In this document: piece after piece, positions 18,534 through 29,249 of the stretch | How positions within the stretch are numbered: position 1 is the stretch's first letter | How the letters are laid out: each line of letters begins with the position of its first letter | Source of the DNA: Caulobacteraceae bacterium | GTDB taxonomy: Bacteria > Pseudomonadota > Alphaproteobacteria > Caulobacterales > Caulobacteraceae | Assembly: GCA_030446805.1 (NCBI GenBank) | Contig: JAUJMO010000001.1 | Coordinates: 365,385-429,384, forward strand | Length of the DNA: 64,000 bases | Direction: 5' to 3' | The notes under the pieces: model-generated | What the model was told of the DNA's origin: nothing | What the model saw: the letters and a program-made list of their open reading frames with translations, nothing else | Databases searched by the model: none | Translations under genes and position numbers: made by a program

Positions 18534-19832
18534 ATGCTCGCCCACAAACTTGACCCGCGCTCGACCGCCTTCTTCGGCGCCGACCTCCGCGCGGCCGACC
18601 CGGACGTGTTCGCGTCGGTGCAGCGGGAGCTGAAGCGGCAGCAGGAGCAGATCGAGCTGATCGCGTCGGAGAACATCGTCAGCCGGGCCGTGCTGCAGGC
18701 TCAGGGCACGGTGCTGACCAACAAATACGCCGAGGGCTACCCAGGGCGTCGGTACTACGGCGGCTGCGAGTTCGTGGACGAGGTGGAGGCGCTGGCCATC
18801 GCGCGAGCCAAGGCGCTGTTCGGGGTGAGCTACGCCAACGTCCAGCCGCACTCGGGCGCGCAGGCCAACCAGGCGGTGTTCATGGCCCTGCTCCAGCCGG
18901 GCGACAGCTTCATGGGGATGGACCTGGCCGCGGGCGGGCACCTGACCCATGGCAGCCCGGCGAACCAGTCGGGCAAATGGTTCAAGGCCATTCCCTATAC
19001 GGTGCGACCCGACGACCACCTGATCGACTACGAGGCCCTGGCTGCAACCGCGGAGCGCGAGCGGCCCAAGCTGATCGTGGCGGGCGGCTCGGCCTACAGC
19101 CGCCCTATCGATTTCGCGCGCTTCCGTGAGATCGCCGACAGCGTGGGCGCCTACCTCATGGTGGACATGGCCCACTACGCGGGCCTGATCGCGGCCGGCG
19201 TCTACCCCAGCCCGGCGCCGCATGCGCATGTCTGCACCACCACCACGCACAAGACGCTGCGCGGGCCGCGGGGCGGCATGATCCTGTGCAACGACGAGGC
19301 GCTCGGGAAGAAGTTCAACTCCGCGGTCTTCCCGGGCCTGCAAGGCGGGCCGCTCATGCATGTGATCGCGGCCAAGGCCGTGGCCTTCGGCGAGGCGCTG
19401 CAGCCGGAGTTCAAGACCTACGCGCAGCAGGTGGTCACCAATGCGCGCGCCTTGGCGGCGACCCTGGTGGAGGCGGGCCTGGCCATCGTCAGCGGCGGAA
19501 CGGACAGCCACCTCATGCTGGTGGACCTCAGGCCCAGGGGGGTCACGGGCAAGGCGGCGGAAGCCAGCCTCGAGCGGGCCTATATGACCTGCAACAAGAA
19601 CGGCATCCCGTTCGACCCCGAAAAGCCCATGGTCACCAGCGGTGTGCGGCTGGGCACGCCGGCCGGGACCACGCGCGGGTTCGGGGAAGCGGAGTTCCGT
19701 CGCGTGGGCGAGTTGATCGCGCGGGTCGTCGAGGGGCTGGCCGCGAACCCCGAGGATAATGGGGCGGCCGAGCAGGCGGCGCGCGCGGAAGTGCTGGACC
19801 TGACAGGGCGATACCCTATCTACGCCGACTGA
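18534..19832 (+). CDS. glyA: Serine hydroxymethyltransferase
   Basis: 432 aa, with the PLP-Lys motif [14 protein letters not shown]. Confidence 0.95.
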   Translation: MLAHKLDPRSTAFFGADLRAADPDVFASVQRELKRQQEQIELIASENIVSRAVLQAQGTVLTNKYAEGYPGRRYYGGCEFVDEVEALAIARAKALFGVSYANVQPHSGAQANQAVFMALLQPGDSFMGMDLAAGGHLTHGSPANQSGKWFKAIPYTVRPDDHLIDYEALAATAERERPKLIVAGGSAYSRPIDFARFREIADSVGAYLMVDMAHYAGLIAAGVYPSPAPHAHVCTTTTHKTLRGPRGGMILCNDEALGKKFNSAVFPGLQGGPLMHVIAAKAVAFGEALQPEFKTYAQQVVTNARALAATLVEAGLAIVSGGTDSHLMLVDLRPRGVTGKAAEASLERAYMTCNKNGIPFDPEKPMVTSGVRLGTPAGTTRGFGEAEFRRVGELIARVVEGLAANPEDNGAAEQAARAEVLDLTGRYPIYAD

Positions 19833-19851
19833 CGCCGCTCGGAGCTAGATA

Positions 19852-20322
19852 TTGCGCTGCCCCTTTTGCGGCCATCTGGAGAGCCAGGTGAAGGACAGCC
19901 GGCCGTCGGAGGACGGCCAGGCCATCCGCCGTCGGCGGTTCTGCCCCACCTGCTCGGGGCGCTTCACCACCTTCGAGCGCGTGCAGCTGCGCGAGCTGAT
20001 GATCGTCAAGCGCTCGGGGCGGCGGACTCCGTTCGACCGTGACAAGCTGGTGCGGTCCGTGTCGATCGCGCTGCGCAAGCGGCCGGTGGAGCCCGATCGC
20101 GTGGAGCAGATGGTCAGCGGCATCGTGCGCCAGCTGGAGAGCCGGGGCGAGACGGACATCTCGTCCAGCGTGGTCGGCGAGCTGGTCATGGAGGCGCTTC
20201 GGGGCGTCGATGAGATCGGCTACGTCCGCTACGCCAGCGTATATCGCGACTTCCGGGAAACCCAGGACTTCGCGCGCTTCCTGGGGGAGGAAGGCCTGAC
20301 CGAAGAGGAGCCCGCGACATGA
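19852..20322 (+). CDS. nrdR: Transcriptional repressor NrdR
   Basis: It has a zinc ribbon (CPFCG...CPTC) followed by an ATP-cone. TTG start. Confidence 0.93.
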   Translation: MRCPFCGHLESQVKDSRPSEDGQAIRRRRFCPTCSGRFTTFERVQLRELMIVKRSGRRTPFDRDKLVRSVSIALRKRPVEPDRVEQMVSGIVRQLESRGETDISSSVVGELVMEALRGVDEIGYVRYASVYRDFRETQDFARFLGEEGLTEEEPAT

Positions 20323-20975
20323 GCCGCCCCTGGGTCACGCTGAAGTTGGCCACCTCGCTGGACGGGCGTATCGCCACCGCCGCGGGGGAAAGCCGCTGGA
20401 TCACGGGCCAGGCCTCGCGCGAGCAGGTGCACCGGTTGCGCGCCGAGCACGACGCGGTGCTGGTGGGCATCAACACGGCGATCCGCGACAATGCGGAGCT
20501 GACCGTGCGTCTGCCGGACTACACGGGCAAACAACCGGCCCGCGTGGTCCTGGATACGCACCAGCGCTTGCCGCTCGAGTCGCGCCTGGCGCAGACGACG
20601 GGGCTTGGACCGGTCTTGCTGATCACCGCCGTGGTCACGCCCTCCGAAGCCCTCACCGAAGCCGGCGTGCGCGTCCTGCACGCTCCGGCGCGCGAGGTGG
20701 GCGTGGACGTGGGGGTGCTGATGGACATCCTACAGCAGGAGGGCATCCAGCGGGTCTTCGTCGAGGGTGGCGGGCGCGTCGCGGCCAGCTTCGTCAAGGC
20801 CGGCTGCGTGGATCGCGTGGAATGGTTCCGCGCGCCCATGATCCTGGGCGGCGAAGGCAAGGCGGCCATCGGCGAACTGCACGTCGAGGGCCTGCCTCAG
20901 GCTTTCCGCTTGCGCAGGGTTGCGGTGGAGACGGTCGGCGACGACCTGTGGGAGCGGTACGAGAGGCCGCTCTAG
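20319..20975 (+). CDS. ribD: RibD C-terminal-type 5-amino-6-(5-phosphoribosylamino)uracil reductase (no deaminase domain)
   Basis: 218 aa. It begins directly with the reductase-domain motif [15 protein letters not shown]. The start overlaps the nrdR stop (ATGA), so there is no room for an N-terminal CMP/dCMP-type deaminase domain. Confidence 0.8.
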   Translation: MSRPWVTLKLATSLDGRIATAAGESRWITGQASREQVHRLRAEHDAVLVGINTAIRDNAELTVRLPDYTGKQPARVVLDTHQRLPLESRLAQTTGLGPVLLITAVVTPSEALTEAGVRVLHAPAREVGVDVGVLMDILQQEGIQRVFVEGGGRVAASFVKAGCVDRVEWFRAPMILGGEGKAAIGELHVEGLPQAFRLRRVAVETVGDDLWERYERPL

Positions 20976-20977
20976 AC

Positions 20978-21568
20978 GTGTTCACGGGCATCATCACAGA
21001 CGTGGGTCGGGTCCGCACCGTGGCCGAGGCGAACGGCGGCCGCCGTTTGGAGATCGCGACCGCCTATCCGCTATCCGAAGTGGCCCTCGGGGCCTCCATC
21101 GCCTGTTCGGGCGTGTGCCTGAGCGTGGTCGAAAAGGGCGATGAGACCTTTGCGGTGGAGGTGTCGAGGGAAACGCTCTCCAAGACCACCCTGGGGGTCT
21201 GGGTCGAGGGACGGCTGGTCAATCTGGAGCGGGCTTTGAAGCTGGGCGACGAGTTCGGCGGGCATATCGTGGCCGGCCATGTGGACGGGGTGGGGCAGGT
21301 GGTCCGGGCCCTGTCGGACGGCGACTCCTTGCGGGTCCAGGTCCGGGCGCCCGATCCGCTGCATCGGTTCATCGCGTCCAAGGGATCGGTGACTATCGAC
21401 GGGGTGTCGCTGACCGTGAACGAGGTCGAAGGCGAGGTGTTCGGGGTGAACCTGATCCCTCTGACCCGAACCATGACCACCCTGGGGGATCTGCGAAGCG
21501 GCGACCGCGTCAATCTGGAGATCGACCTGCTGGCCCGTTACGCCGCCAGGTGGCAGGAGACGGCATGA
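20978..21568 (+). CDS. ribE: Riboflavin synthase
   Basis: GTG 20978 lies within ORF 20822..21568. The N-terminus is VFTGIITDVGRV. It has a duplicated lumazine-binding repeat. Confidence 0.9.
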   Translation: MFTGIITDVGRVRTVAEANGGRRLEIATAYPLSEVALGASIACSGVCLSVVEKGDETFAVEVSRETLSKTTLGVWVEGRLVNLERALKLGDEFGGHIVAGHVDGVGQVVRALSDGDSLRVQVRAPDPLHRFIASKGSVTIDGVSLTVNEVEGEVFGVNLIPLTRTMTTLGDLRSGDRVNLEIDLLARYAARWQETA

Positions 21569-22731
21569 GTTTTCATTCGACCACCTTTGATGAGATCCGG
21601 GCGGCGGCGCGCGACACCGAAAGCCCGATTTCGCCGATCGAGGATGTGCTGGAGGACGTCCGCCAAGGCCGTCCGGTGATCATTGTCGACGCCGACGACC
21701 GGGAGAACGAAGGCGACCTGGTGATCGCGGCGCAGTTCGCGACGCCGGAGGCGGTCAACTTCATGGCCCGGTTCGGGCGCGGGCTGATCTGCCTGTCGAT
21801 CACCGGGGAACGCGCGCGCCAGCTGCGCCTGCCGCCGATGGCGCAGGAGAACGGCACGCGGATGGGAACGGCCTTTACCGTCAGCATCGAGGCGCGTGAG
21901 GGAGTGACCACCGGGATCTCGGCCCACGATCGCGCGCGCACCATCTGCGTCGCCATCGACCCCACCAAGACCGCGGACGACATCGTCAGCCCCGGCCACG
22001 TGTTCCCGCTGGTGGCCCGCCCCGGCGGCGTGCTGGTGCGCGCCGGCCATACGGAGGCCGCCGTGGACCTGGCCCGGTTGGCTGGACTGCAGCCCGCCGG
22101 GGTTATCTGCGAGATCATGAGCGACGACGGGACCATGTCGCGCCTGCCGGAGCTGACCGCCTTTGCGCAGTTCCATGGGCTGAAGATCGGCGCGATCTCG
22201 GACCTGATCAGCTACCGCCGGCGTAACGAGCGCTATGTCGAGCGGGTGCTGGACCAGCCGTTTGAAAGCGTGCACGGCCACTTCCGCATGCTGGTGTTCC
22301 GCAACCAGATCGATCGCAGCGAGCATGTGGCGCTGGTCAAGGGGCGGATCACGGCCGACAAGCCGACCCTGGTGCGGATGCACCAGGTGGACTTCGCCGC
22401 CGACCTCCTGGGGCACGTGGAAGCCCGGCGGGACTATGTGCCGGCCGCCCTGCGCGCGATTTCGGACTTCGACGGCGCCGGCGTGGCCGTGTTCATCCGC
22501 GATCCCAATCCGTCCTGGCTTTCCGAACGCTACGGCGGAACCCTGGACGGCGAAGGACGGGCGACCCAGGCGCTGCGTGACTACGGCGTGGGGGCGCAGG
22601 TCCTCAAGGACCTCGGCGTACGGGACATGGTGCTGTTGACGTCCAGTCACGCCAAACTCGCCGCGCTGGAGGGCTATGGTCTCCGCATCGTGGATCGGCG
22701 GCCGATCCACGCGGACGGCGAGCATGGCTGA
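21565..22731 (+). CDS. ribBA: 3,4-dihydroxy-2-butanone-4-phosphate synthase fused to a cysteine-less GTP cyclohydrolase II-like domain (RibBX type)
   Basis: The N-terminal half has DHBP synthase motifs ([16 protein letters not shown]). The C-terminal half aligns to GCH II, but the HSECLTGD/CDCG region reads [18 protein letters not shown] and contains no Cys at all. ATGA overlap with ribE. Confidence 0.85.
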   Translation: MSFHSTTFDEIRAAARDTESPISPIEDVLEDVRQGRPVIIVDADDRENEGDLVIAAQFATPEAVNFMARFGRGLICLSITGERARQLRLPPMAQENGTRMGTAFTVSIEAREGVTTGISAHDRARTICVAIDPTKTADDIVSPGHVFPLVARPGGVLVRAGHTEAAVDLARLAGLQPAGVICEIMSDDGTMSRLPELTAFAQFHGLKIGAISDLISYRRRNERYVERVLDQPFESVHGHFRMLVFRNQIDRSEHVALVKGRITADKPTLVRMHQVDFAADLLGHVEARRDYVPAALRAISDFDGAGVAVFIRDPNPSWLSERYGGTLDGEGRATQALRDYGVGAQVLKDLGVRDMVLLTSSHAKLAALEGYGLRIVDRRPIHADGEHG

Positions 22732-23194
22732 GGAGGCTCTGCGCGTCCTGATCGTGGAGGCTCGCTTCTATCCGGAGTTGGCCGATGCGCTGCTGAGCGG
22801 CGCGGTGCGGGCGCTGACCGCCGACGGCGCAGAGCACCATGTGGCGTCCGTGTCGGGCGCGCTCGAGGTTCCGGGCGCCATCGCCTTGGCGGAAGAGGCG
22901 GGACATCGGCCGGCGGGCGTGCGCTATGACGGCTATGTGGCGCTAGGCGCCGTGATCCGGGGCGAGACCTACCACTTCGAGATCGTGGCCAACGAATCCG
23001 CGCGCGGAATCATGGATCTGACGGTGGGCAAGCGACTGGCCATCGGCAACGGAATCCTGACCACGGAAACGGACGCGCAGGCTTGGGCCCGCGCGGGCGC
23101 AGGCGACAAGGGCGGCGGCGCCGCTCGCGCCTGCCTCGAGATGATCGCGCTCCGGCGGCGGTTGACGGGCCACAGAGCAGGAGGCGAGCGATGA
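22724..23194 (+). CDS. ribH: 6,7-dimethyl-8-ribityllumazine synthase
   Basis: ATG 22724 lies within ORF 22676..23194. The lumazine synthase fold is present ([10 protein letters not shown]...[10 protein letters not shown]...GETYHFE). Confidence 0.9.
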   Translation: MAEEALRVLIVEARFYPELADALLSGAVRALTADGAEHHVASVSGALEVPGAIALAEEAGHRPAGVRYDGYVALGAVIRGETYHFEIVANESARGIMDLTVGKRLAIGNGILTTETDAQAWARAGAGDKGGGAARACLEMIALRRRLTGHRAGGER

Positions 23195-23754
23195 GCGACA
23201 AGTCGCTGGCGGGCGTCCTGCGCATCCTGCAAGGCGGGATCGAGCCTGATCCGGTGGACGCGCCGGAGATCGAGCCGGCCGAACTGCAGCCCCAGCCGGG
23301 GGCTGCTCAGCGGCGCGGGCGCACGGTGGCGCGACTGGCGGCCGTCCAGGCGCTTTACCAGATGGAGGTGGCGGGGACCGGGGTCGAAGCGGTCATCCGC
23401 GAATTCTCCGAACATCGCTTCGGCCGTGCGCCGGAGGGGGATCAAGGGCCGCCTCTGGCCGATGCGGACGAGGGCTTCTTCGCGGAACTGGTGCGCGGCG
23501 TGGTGGCCGATCAGAAGGCGGTGGACGGCGCGGTCGTGCGCCGGCTGGCCAAGGACTGGAAGCTGGAGCGGCTGGACGCCACGGTCAGGGCCATGCTGCG
23601 CGCCGGCGCTTGGGAGCTGATGCACCGGCCGGACGTTCCCTCCGAGGTGGCCATCGACGAATACGTCGAGCTGGCCAAGAGCTTCTTCGAGCAAACCGAA
23701 CCCGGCTTCGTGAACGCCGCGCTGGACGGCGTCGCGCGCGACGTGCGCCGCTAG
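23191..23754 (+). CDS. nusB: Transcription antitermination factor NusB
   Basis: ATG 23191 overlaps the ribH stop. It carries the [14 protein letters not shown] NusB motif. The ribH-nusB-thiL order is conserved. Confidence 0.9.
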   Translation: MSDKSLAGVLRILQGGIEPDPVDAPEIEPAELQPQPGAAQRRGRTVARLAAVQALYQMEVAGTGVEAVIREFSEHRFGRAPEGDQGPPLADADEGFFAELVRGVVADQKAVDGAVVRRLAKDWKLERLDATVRAMLRAGAWELMHRPDVPSEVAIDEYVELAKSFFEQTEPGFVNAALDGVARDVRR

Positions 23755-23778
23755 TCCGGCCTCGGGCCACGCAAGGTC

Positions 23779-24741
23779 GTGGACGAGTTCAGGAGCATCG
23801 CCGAGCTGTTCGCGCCGCTGGCCCTGTCCGAAGGCGAAGGGCTGCGGGACGACGCCGCCTTCCTGCCCAGCGGGCCAGGGCGGGAGCTCGTGATCACCGC
23901 CGATGCGGTGGTGGAGGGTGTTCACTTCCTGGCCGGCACGGCGCCGGAGCTGGTGGCGCGCAAGCTGCTGCGCGTGAACCTGTCGGATCTGGCCGCCAAG
24001 GCCGCCGAGCCGTTCGGCTATCTCCTGACCGTGGCCTGGCCTGAAAGCTGGGGGGAAGCCGAGCGGGCCGCCTTCGCCCGGGGGCTGGCGGAGGATCAGG
24101 CGGAGTTTGGGATCGGGCTCTTGGGCGGGGACACGGTCTCGACATCGGGGCCGATGACGGCCGCTGTCACCGCGCTGGGCTATGCGCCCCGGGCGGTGCG
24201 ACGGAGCGGGGCGCGGGAAGGAGATCTGCTCGTGGTCTCGGGTGCGATCGGCGACGGCTGGCTGGGCTTGCAGGCGGCCAAACGGGAGCTGGCCCTCGGC
24301 GGCGACCACCTGGCGGCGCTGGAGCGGCGCTACGCCTTGCCGGAGCCTCGCCTGGAGCTGCGAGCCTTGCTGCGGGACCATGCGACCGCGGCGCTGGACG
24401 TCTCCGACGGCCTGATCGCCGACGTGGCGCACCTGGCGCGAGTCAGCGGAGTCGGCATCCGGCTCGACCTGGAGCGGACGCCCCTGTCTCCCATGGCGCT
24501 CGCCTGGCTGGCGGGAAGTCCGAACCGCGGGGATGCGCTGGAGGCTTTGGCCAGCGGCGGCGACGACTACGAGATCGCCTTCACCGTCGATCCGTCCGGG
24601 CTGGCGGCGGTGACCGAGGCTGGGCGGCCTCCCCGGACTCCGTTGACGGTGATCGGGGCGGTGGAGGCGGGCCGGGACGTCCGAGTGGTCTACCAGGGGC
24701 GGGATCGGCGACCCGAGCGGACCGGGTGGCGCCACGGCTAA
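23779..24741 (+). CDS. thiL: Thiamine-monophosphate kinase
   Basis: It belongs to the AIR-synthase-like family (DDAAFL, GGDT). GTG start. It follows nusB. Confidence 0.88.
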   Translation: MDEFRSIAELFAPLALSEGEGLRDDAAFLPSGPGRELVITADAVVEGVHFLAGTAPELVARKLLRVNLSDLAAKAAEPFGYLLTVAWPESWGEAERAAFARGLAEDQAEFGIGLLGGDTVSTSGPMTAAVTALGYAPRAVRRSGAREGDLLVVSGAIGDGWLGLQAAKRELALGGDHLAALERRYALPEPRLELRALLRDHATAALDVSDGLIADVAHLARVSGVGIRLDLERTPLSPMALAWLAGSPNRGDALEALASGGDDYEIAFTVDPSGLAAVTEAGRPPRTPLTVIGAVEAGRDVRVVYQGRDRRPERTGWRHG

Positions 24742-24776
24742 CCGGGCGGCAACCTCATCCGGTTTAGAGGGGGCGG

Positions 24777-25232
24777 GTGAGGTCCGTCATGTCGCAACGC
24801 ACGTTCGCCGCTGTTCTGCTCGCCGCCGTCCTGGGTGCAGGAAGCGCAGGGGCCAGCGGCCCGGCTCCAAAGGGCGGGGAGGGCGGGGGCGCCAAGTATC
24901 TCGACCTGGCCCCGACCGGCCTGCCCATCATCGTGGGCGGGCGGATCAAGAACTATGTTTTCGTCCAGGCGCGTCTGATCCCTGCGCCCGGGGCCGATCT
25001 GATCAAGCTGCGCGAAAAGGAGCCCTACTACCGCGACGCGCTGGTGCGGGCGGCGCACCGGACCACCTTCGGCAAGGCGGGCGACTGGACGGGGGTGGAC
25101 GAGGCCAGGTTGGAGGCCGTGCTGCTTGCGGAGGCGCGACGCATCAGCGGCCCGAAGAGCTTCAGCCGCGCGGAACTCCTGAAGCAGACGCCGCGACGGC
25201 GGACGGGCATGTTGCAGCGAGCCCCCCACTAA
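24777..25232 (+). CDS. Exported hypothetical protein (distant FliL-like layout)
   Basis: It has a signal peptide (FAAVLLAAVLGAGSAGASG). The YLDLAPTGLPIIVGGRIKNYVFVQARL...REKEPYYRDALV arrangement resembles FliL-family proteins, but this is only a pattern impression. The start may instead be ATG 24789. Confidence 0.45.
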   Translation: MRSVMSQRTFAAVLLAAVLGAGSAGASGPAPKGGEGGGAKYLDLAPTGLPIIVGGRIKNYVFVQARLIPAPGADLIKLREKEPYYRDALVRAAHRTTFGKAGDWTGVDEARLEAVLLAEARRISGPKSFSRAELLKQTPRRRTGMLQRAPH

Positions 25233-25398
25233 GGTCCACGCGCCTGAGGGTTGCGCGTTCTTGCGCCTGCGGTTGGCATGCGGCAAGGGACGGGCAAGCG
25301 TCGCCGTGCAACTCACGGCGAATCAGGCCTGAGCGGGGAGAAAACTCCGTCGGTCGGCGGCCCACGGGTCTGCGAACATACGGGGACGGACAAGCTTC

Positions 25399-27540
25399 AT
25401 GGAAACGACTCTGGTTTGGGTGATCGCGGCGGCGATCCTCGCCGTGCTCTACGGCGTGGTGCAGACGGCCAGCCTGTTGAAGGCGCCGGCCGGCAATGAG
25501 CGGATGGCCGAGATCGCCCGGGCGATCCAGGAAGGCGCGGGCGCCTATCTCAAGCGCCAGTACACGACCATAGCCATTGTGGGCGTGGTCATCCTCGTCG
25601 CGGTGTTTCTGCTGCTGGGGCTCACGGCCGCCATCGGGTTTCTGATCGGGGCCGTGCTGTCCGGACTGGCGGGTTACGCGGGCATGCTGATTTCGGTGCG
25701 GGCCAATGTGCGCACGGCTCAGGCGGCGTCCGAGAGCCTCGCCAAGGGGCTCTCGCTGGCCTTCCGTTCGGGCGCAGTGACGGGAATGTTCGTGGCGGGC
25801 TTCGCCCTGTTCGGGGTGGCGGGCTACTTCGCCGTTCTCACCGGGGGCCTGGGGCTCAGCATCGACGACCCGGTGGAAGCGCGCGAGATCATCGACGCCT
25901 TGGTGTCGCTGGGCTTCGGCGCCTCCCTGATCTCCATCTTCGCCCGCCTGGGCGGCGGCATCTTCACCAAGGGGGCGGACGTCGGCGGCGACATGGTGGG
26001 CAAGGTGGAGGCCGGCATCCCGGAGGACGACCCCCGCAACGCGGCCACCATCGCCGACAATGTGGGCGACAACGTCGGCGACTGCGCCGGCATGGCCGCC
26101 GACCTGTTCGAGACCTACGCCGTCACCACCGTCGCCACCATGGTGCTCGCGGCGATCTTTTTCCGCGGCTCCGAAGTGGTCGGAACCATGATGGTGCTGC
26201 CGCTGGCCATCTGCGGCGTCTGCATCGTGACCTCCATCATAGGCGCCTTTGCGGTCCGGCTGCCCAAGAACAACAACATCATGCGGGCGCTCTATCAGGG
26301 CCTGATCGCCACGGGCGTGCTCTCGATTGGCGCGGTCGCCTGGGTGATCTACACACTGATGCCGGACTCGGTGACGGACGTGGCGGGCCGGGTGATCACG
26401 GACAACCAGTTGTTCATCTGCGGCCTGATCGGGCTGGCGGTGACCGCGGCCATCGTGATCATCACCGAATTCTACACGGGCGTGGACTTCCGCCCCGTGC
26501 GCTCCATCGCCAAGGCCTCGGTTTCGGGCCACGGGACCAATGTCATCCAGGGCCTGGCCGTCTCGTTGGAGGCCACCGCCGCCCCGGCGCTGGCCATCAT
26601 CGTGGGCATCATCGCCAGCTATGAACTGGCCGGACTGTTCGGGATCGCCATCGCCACCACCACGATGCTGGCCCTGGCCGGAATGATCGTGGCGCTGGAC
26701 GCCTTCGGCCCGGTGACCGACAACGCGGGGGGCATCGCCGAGATGGCGGGCTTGCCCGCAGAGGTGCGGGTCTCGACGGACGCGCTGGACGCGGTCGGCA
26801 ACACCACCAAGGCCGTCACCAAGGGCTATGCCATCGGCTCCGCGGGCCTCGGCGCCCTGGTGCTGTTCGCAGCCTATACGCAGGACTTGCGCTACTTCGC
26901 CGAGAATTCGCTGGAGTACCCCTTCTTCGCGGGGCTGGGCGACATCGCGTTCGACCTGACGAATCCGTACGTCGTCATCGGCCTGTTCTTCGGCGGCATG
27001 CTGCCGTTCCTGTTCGGCGGCATGAGCATGACGGCCGTGGGCCGGGCCGCCGGCGCCGTGGTCGAGGAGGTGCGGCGCCAGTTCCGCGAGAAACCGGGCA
27101 TCATGACCTACGAAGAGAAGCCCGATTACGCCCGCGCCGTCGACATCCTGACGAAGGCGGCGATCCGCGAGATGATCGTGCCCTCTCTCTTGCCGGTTTT
27201 GTCGCCCCTGGTGCTGTTCGGGGCGGTGCTGCTGATCGCCGGCAAGGCCGACGCCTTCGCCTCCCTGGGGGCCATGCTGATGGGGGTGATCGTCACGGGC
27301 CTGTTCGTGGCCATTTCGATGACCTCTGGCGGCGGGGCCTGGGACAACGCCAAGAAGCACATCGAGGAAGGGCACTACGGCGGGAAGGGCTCGGACGCGC
27401 ACCGCGCCGCCGTGACCGGCGACACCGTGGGCGATCCTTACAAGGACACGGCGGGTCCGGCGGTGAACCCGATGATCAAGATCACCAACATCGTGGCCCT
27501 GCTGTTGCTGGCGGTGCTGGCGCGACAGTTCGGGGGCTGA
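25399..27540 (+). CDS. hppA: Membrane-bound H+-translocating pyrophosphatase
   Basis: 713 aa, multi-TM, with the signature [30 protein letters not shown]...[13 protein letters not shown]. Confidence 0.95.
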   Translation: METTLVWVIAAAILAVLYGVVQTASLLKAPAGNERMAEIARAIQEGAGAYLKRQYTTIAIVGVVILVAVFLLLGLTAAIGFLIGAVLSGLAGYAGMLISVRANVRTAQAASESLAKGLSLAFRSGAVTGMFVAGFALFGVAGYFAVLTGGLGLSIDDPVEAREIIDALVSLGFGASLISIFARLGGGIFTKGADVGGDMVGKVEAGIPEDDPRNAATIADNVGDNVGDCAGMAADLFETYAVTTVATMVLAAIFFRGSEVVGTMMVLPLAICGVCIVTSIIGAFAVRLPKNNNIMRALYQGLIATGVLSIGAVAWVIYTLMPDSVTDVAGRVITDNQLFICGLIGLAVTAAIVIITEFYTGVDFRPVRSIAKASVSGHGTNVIQGLAVSLEATAAPALAIIVGIIASYELAGLFGIAIATTTMLALAGMIVALDAFGPVTDNAGGIAEMAGLPAEVRVSTDALDAVGNTTKAVTKGYAIGSAGLGALVLFAAYTQDLRYFAENSLEYPFFAGLGDIAFDLTNPYVVIGLFFGGMLPFLFGGMSMTAVGRAAGAVVEEVRRQFREKPGIMTYEEKPDYARAVDILTKAAIREMIVPSLLPVLSPLVLFGAVLLIAGKADAFASLGAMLMGVIVTGLFVAISMTSGGGAWDNAKKHIEEGHYGGKGSDAHRAAVTGDTVGDPYKDTAGPAVNPMIKITNIVALLLLAVLARQFGG

Positions 27541-27567
27541 GCGCCCCGGCGAAGCCGGCCGGAGGCG

Positions 27568-28065
27568 CTACTCCGGTCGGCGACCGCCGGGTTGCCGGTC
27601 TTCCTCGTCGCCGCCCAGGGTGCCGGCGGCCCGGCCGACCGTGCCCAGCAGCTGCTCCAGGATGGTGAGCTCGCGGCCGCGCGTCGGGGTTTCGCGGCCG
27701 TTCAGCGCGATGACCTTGCCGTCCTCCAGCGAATAGCTGTTCACGGCCTTGACCTTTTCGGCCTCGTCGAACGCCACGGCGACCACGTCGCGCTTGGTGA
27801 CGCGAGGCTTGTAGAAGGCGACGCGCTGCACCGACTGCGTCATGTAGAACCAGGTGTTGTCGTCGAAGGTGGACTTGGCCGAGGGCGATCCAAGTCGCTC
27901 CAGCACCGTGGACTTGGTGTCCTCGCCCACCTTCACCTCTGACGGCTTCACGTCGAGCGCCACAAAGCCGTGGTTCGAGGCGATGGGCGCGCAGGCCGTC
28001 GCCCCAAGCGCCAGGGCGGCGATGAGGGCGGCGGACGCCGGGCGAAGCGGAACTCTGATGCGCAT
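27568..28065 (-). CDS. bamE: Outer membrane protein assembly factor BamE (SmpA/OmlA)
   Basis: The lipobox is LGATAC, followed by the SmpA/OmlA domain (VKVGEDTKSTVLERLGSPS...W.Y). Confidence 0.8.
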   Translation of the reverse strand: MRIRVPLRPASAALIAALALGATACAPIASNHGFVALDVKPSEVKVGEDTKSTVLERLGSPSAKSTFDDNTWFYMTQSVQRVAFYKPRVTKRDVVAVAFDEAEKVKAVNSYSLEDGKVIALNGRETPTRGRELTILEQLLGTVGRAAGTLGGDEEDRQPGGRRPE

Positions 28066-28113
28066 GAACTTTGACCTAGGCCGGTCGGCTTCCTAGTTCA
28101 ACGTCGCGGCGGA

Positions 28114-28659
28114 ATGAGGGCGAACACCATGTGGGGCGTACTCGGGCGGAAGCCCCGCGCCAGCGAGGCGGCGGGCAAGGCGCTCTATGCGGCTGCGGTG
28201 GAGCAGGCGCGTCGGCCGGTCTTCTACACGGATCTGGGCGTGGCCGATTCGGCCAACGGACGCTTCGAACTCTACAGCCTGCACGTGATCTTGCTGTTGC
28301 GGCGCCTCAAGGCGGGCGGGCCCGGAGCAGGGGAGACGGCTCAGGCCTTGTTCGACGTCTACATCAGCGAGTTGGACCAGGCCTTGCGGGAGCAGGGCGT
28401 GGGCGACCTGTCCATGGCGAAAACCATGCGCAAGTTGGGCGAAGCTTTTTACGGGCGGGTGCGGTCCTATGATGAGGCGTTCGACGCCTTACCTGGCGTG
28501 GAGCCGTTGCGGTTGCTGCTGTTGCGGACCTTGGGGGAGGAGGGCGGCGACGCCGACGGGCTCACCCGTTACGCAAGCCTCGCCCTGGATGGCCTGGCTG
28601 CGGAAGGCGACGCGGTGCTGCTGCAGGGCGAGGCCGTTTGGCCGGAGGTTCGACCATGA
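28114..28659 (+). CDS. Ubiquinol-cytochrome c chaperone family protein
   Basis: It shows the LY..AVEQAR.P.FY...GV.D...GRFE...LH..LLLRRL...LFD.....LD..LRE.GVGD pattern of the Ubiq_cyt_C_chap family. An alternative start is ATG 28129. Confidence 0.75.
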   Translation: MRANTMWGVLGRKPRASEAAGKALYAAAVEQARRPVFYTDLGVADSANGRFELYSLHVILLLRRLKAGGPGAGETAQALFDVYISELDQALREQGVGDLSMAKTMRKLGEAFYGRVRSYDEAFDALPGVEPLRLLLLRTLGEEGGDADGLTRYASLALDGLAAEGDAVLLQGEAVWPEVRP

Positions 28660-29174
28660 AGGATGCTGCCTGGAGCCAGCCCGTACGCTTGGCTGAGGTG
28701 GGGCGCGGCTCGCTCCGGCGGACGCTGGCCCCGAGCGAGGCCGAACGAGAGAGGATCGCACGCGAGCTCAACCTCGTGGACCTGCCGGAGCTGAGCGCGG
28801 AGGTGGATATGGCCCCCTGGATGGACGGGGCGGTTCTGCGTGGGCGCTGGAGTGCGCGGGTGGTGCAGACCTGCGGCGTGACCCTGGACCCTTTTGAAAC
28901 GCCGCTGTCAGGGGAGTTCGAGGTCAAGGTCGTGCCTCAGGGCAGCCCGGTGGCGCTCGCCGAGGAGGGCCCCGTCGAGCTCGATCTGGAGGCGGAGGAT
29001 CCGCCGGACGTGCTGGCGGACGATCGGATCGACACCGCCGGTTATGTGGTCGAGCACTTGGCGCTGGAGCTGGACCCGTTCCCGCGCAAGCCGGGCGCCG
29101 AATTCGAAGCGCCGGAGCCGGAGCCGGAGACATCTCCCTTCGCCGCCCTGCTGCAGCTGAAGCCGCGCTCGTGA
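28656..29174 (+). CDS. YceD/DUF177 family protein
   Basis: ATG 28656 overlaps the upstream stop. It has an acidic C-terminal half and sits immediately upstream of plsX, as is usual for YceD. Confidence 0.75.
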   Translation: MKDAAWSQPVRLAEVGRGSLRRTLAPSEAERERIARELNLVDLPELSAEVDMAPWMDGAVLRGRWSARVVQTCGVTLDPFETPLSGEFEVKVVPQGSPVALAEEGPVELDLEAEDPPDVLADDRIDTAGYVVEHLALELDPFPRKPGAEFEAPEPEPETSPFAALLQLKPRS

Positions 29175-29249
29175 GGCTTCCCCTGCCTGTTCGAGCGCAC
29201 TAGGGTCCGCGCGCCGCACACGGGGCGTCGGCCGAGTTTCGAGTCGCAG

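Noticed and set aside
25162-27402. 746-aa minus-strand ORF
   Set aside because: It is antisense to the H+-pyrophosphatase gene. Its composition is extremely Gly/Arg/Asp/His-rich and it has no motifs.
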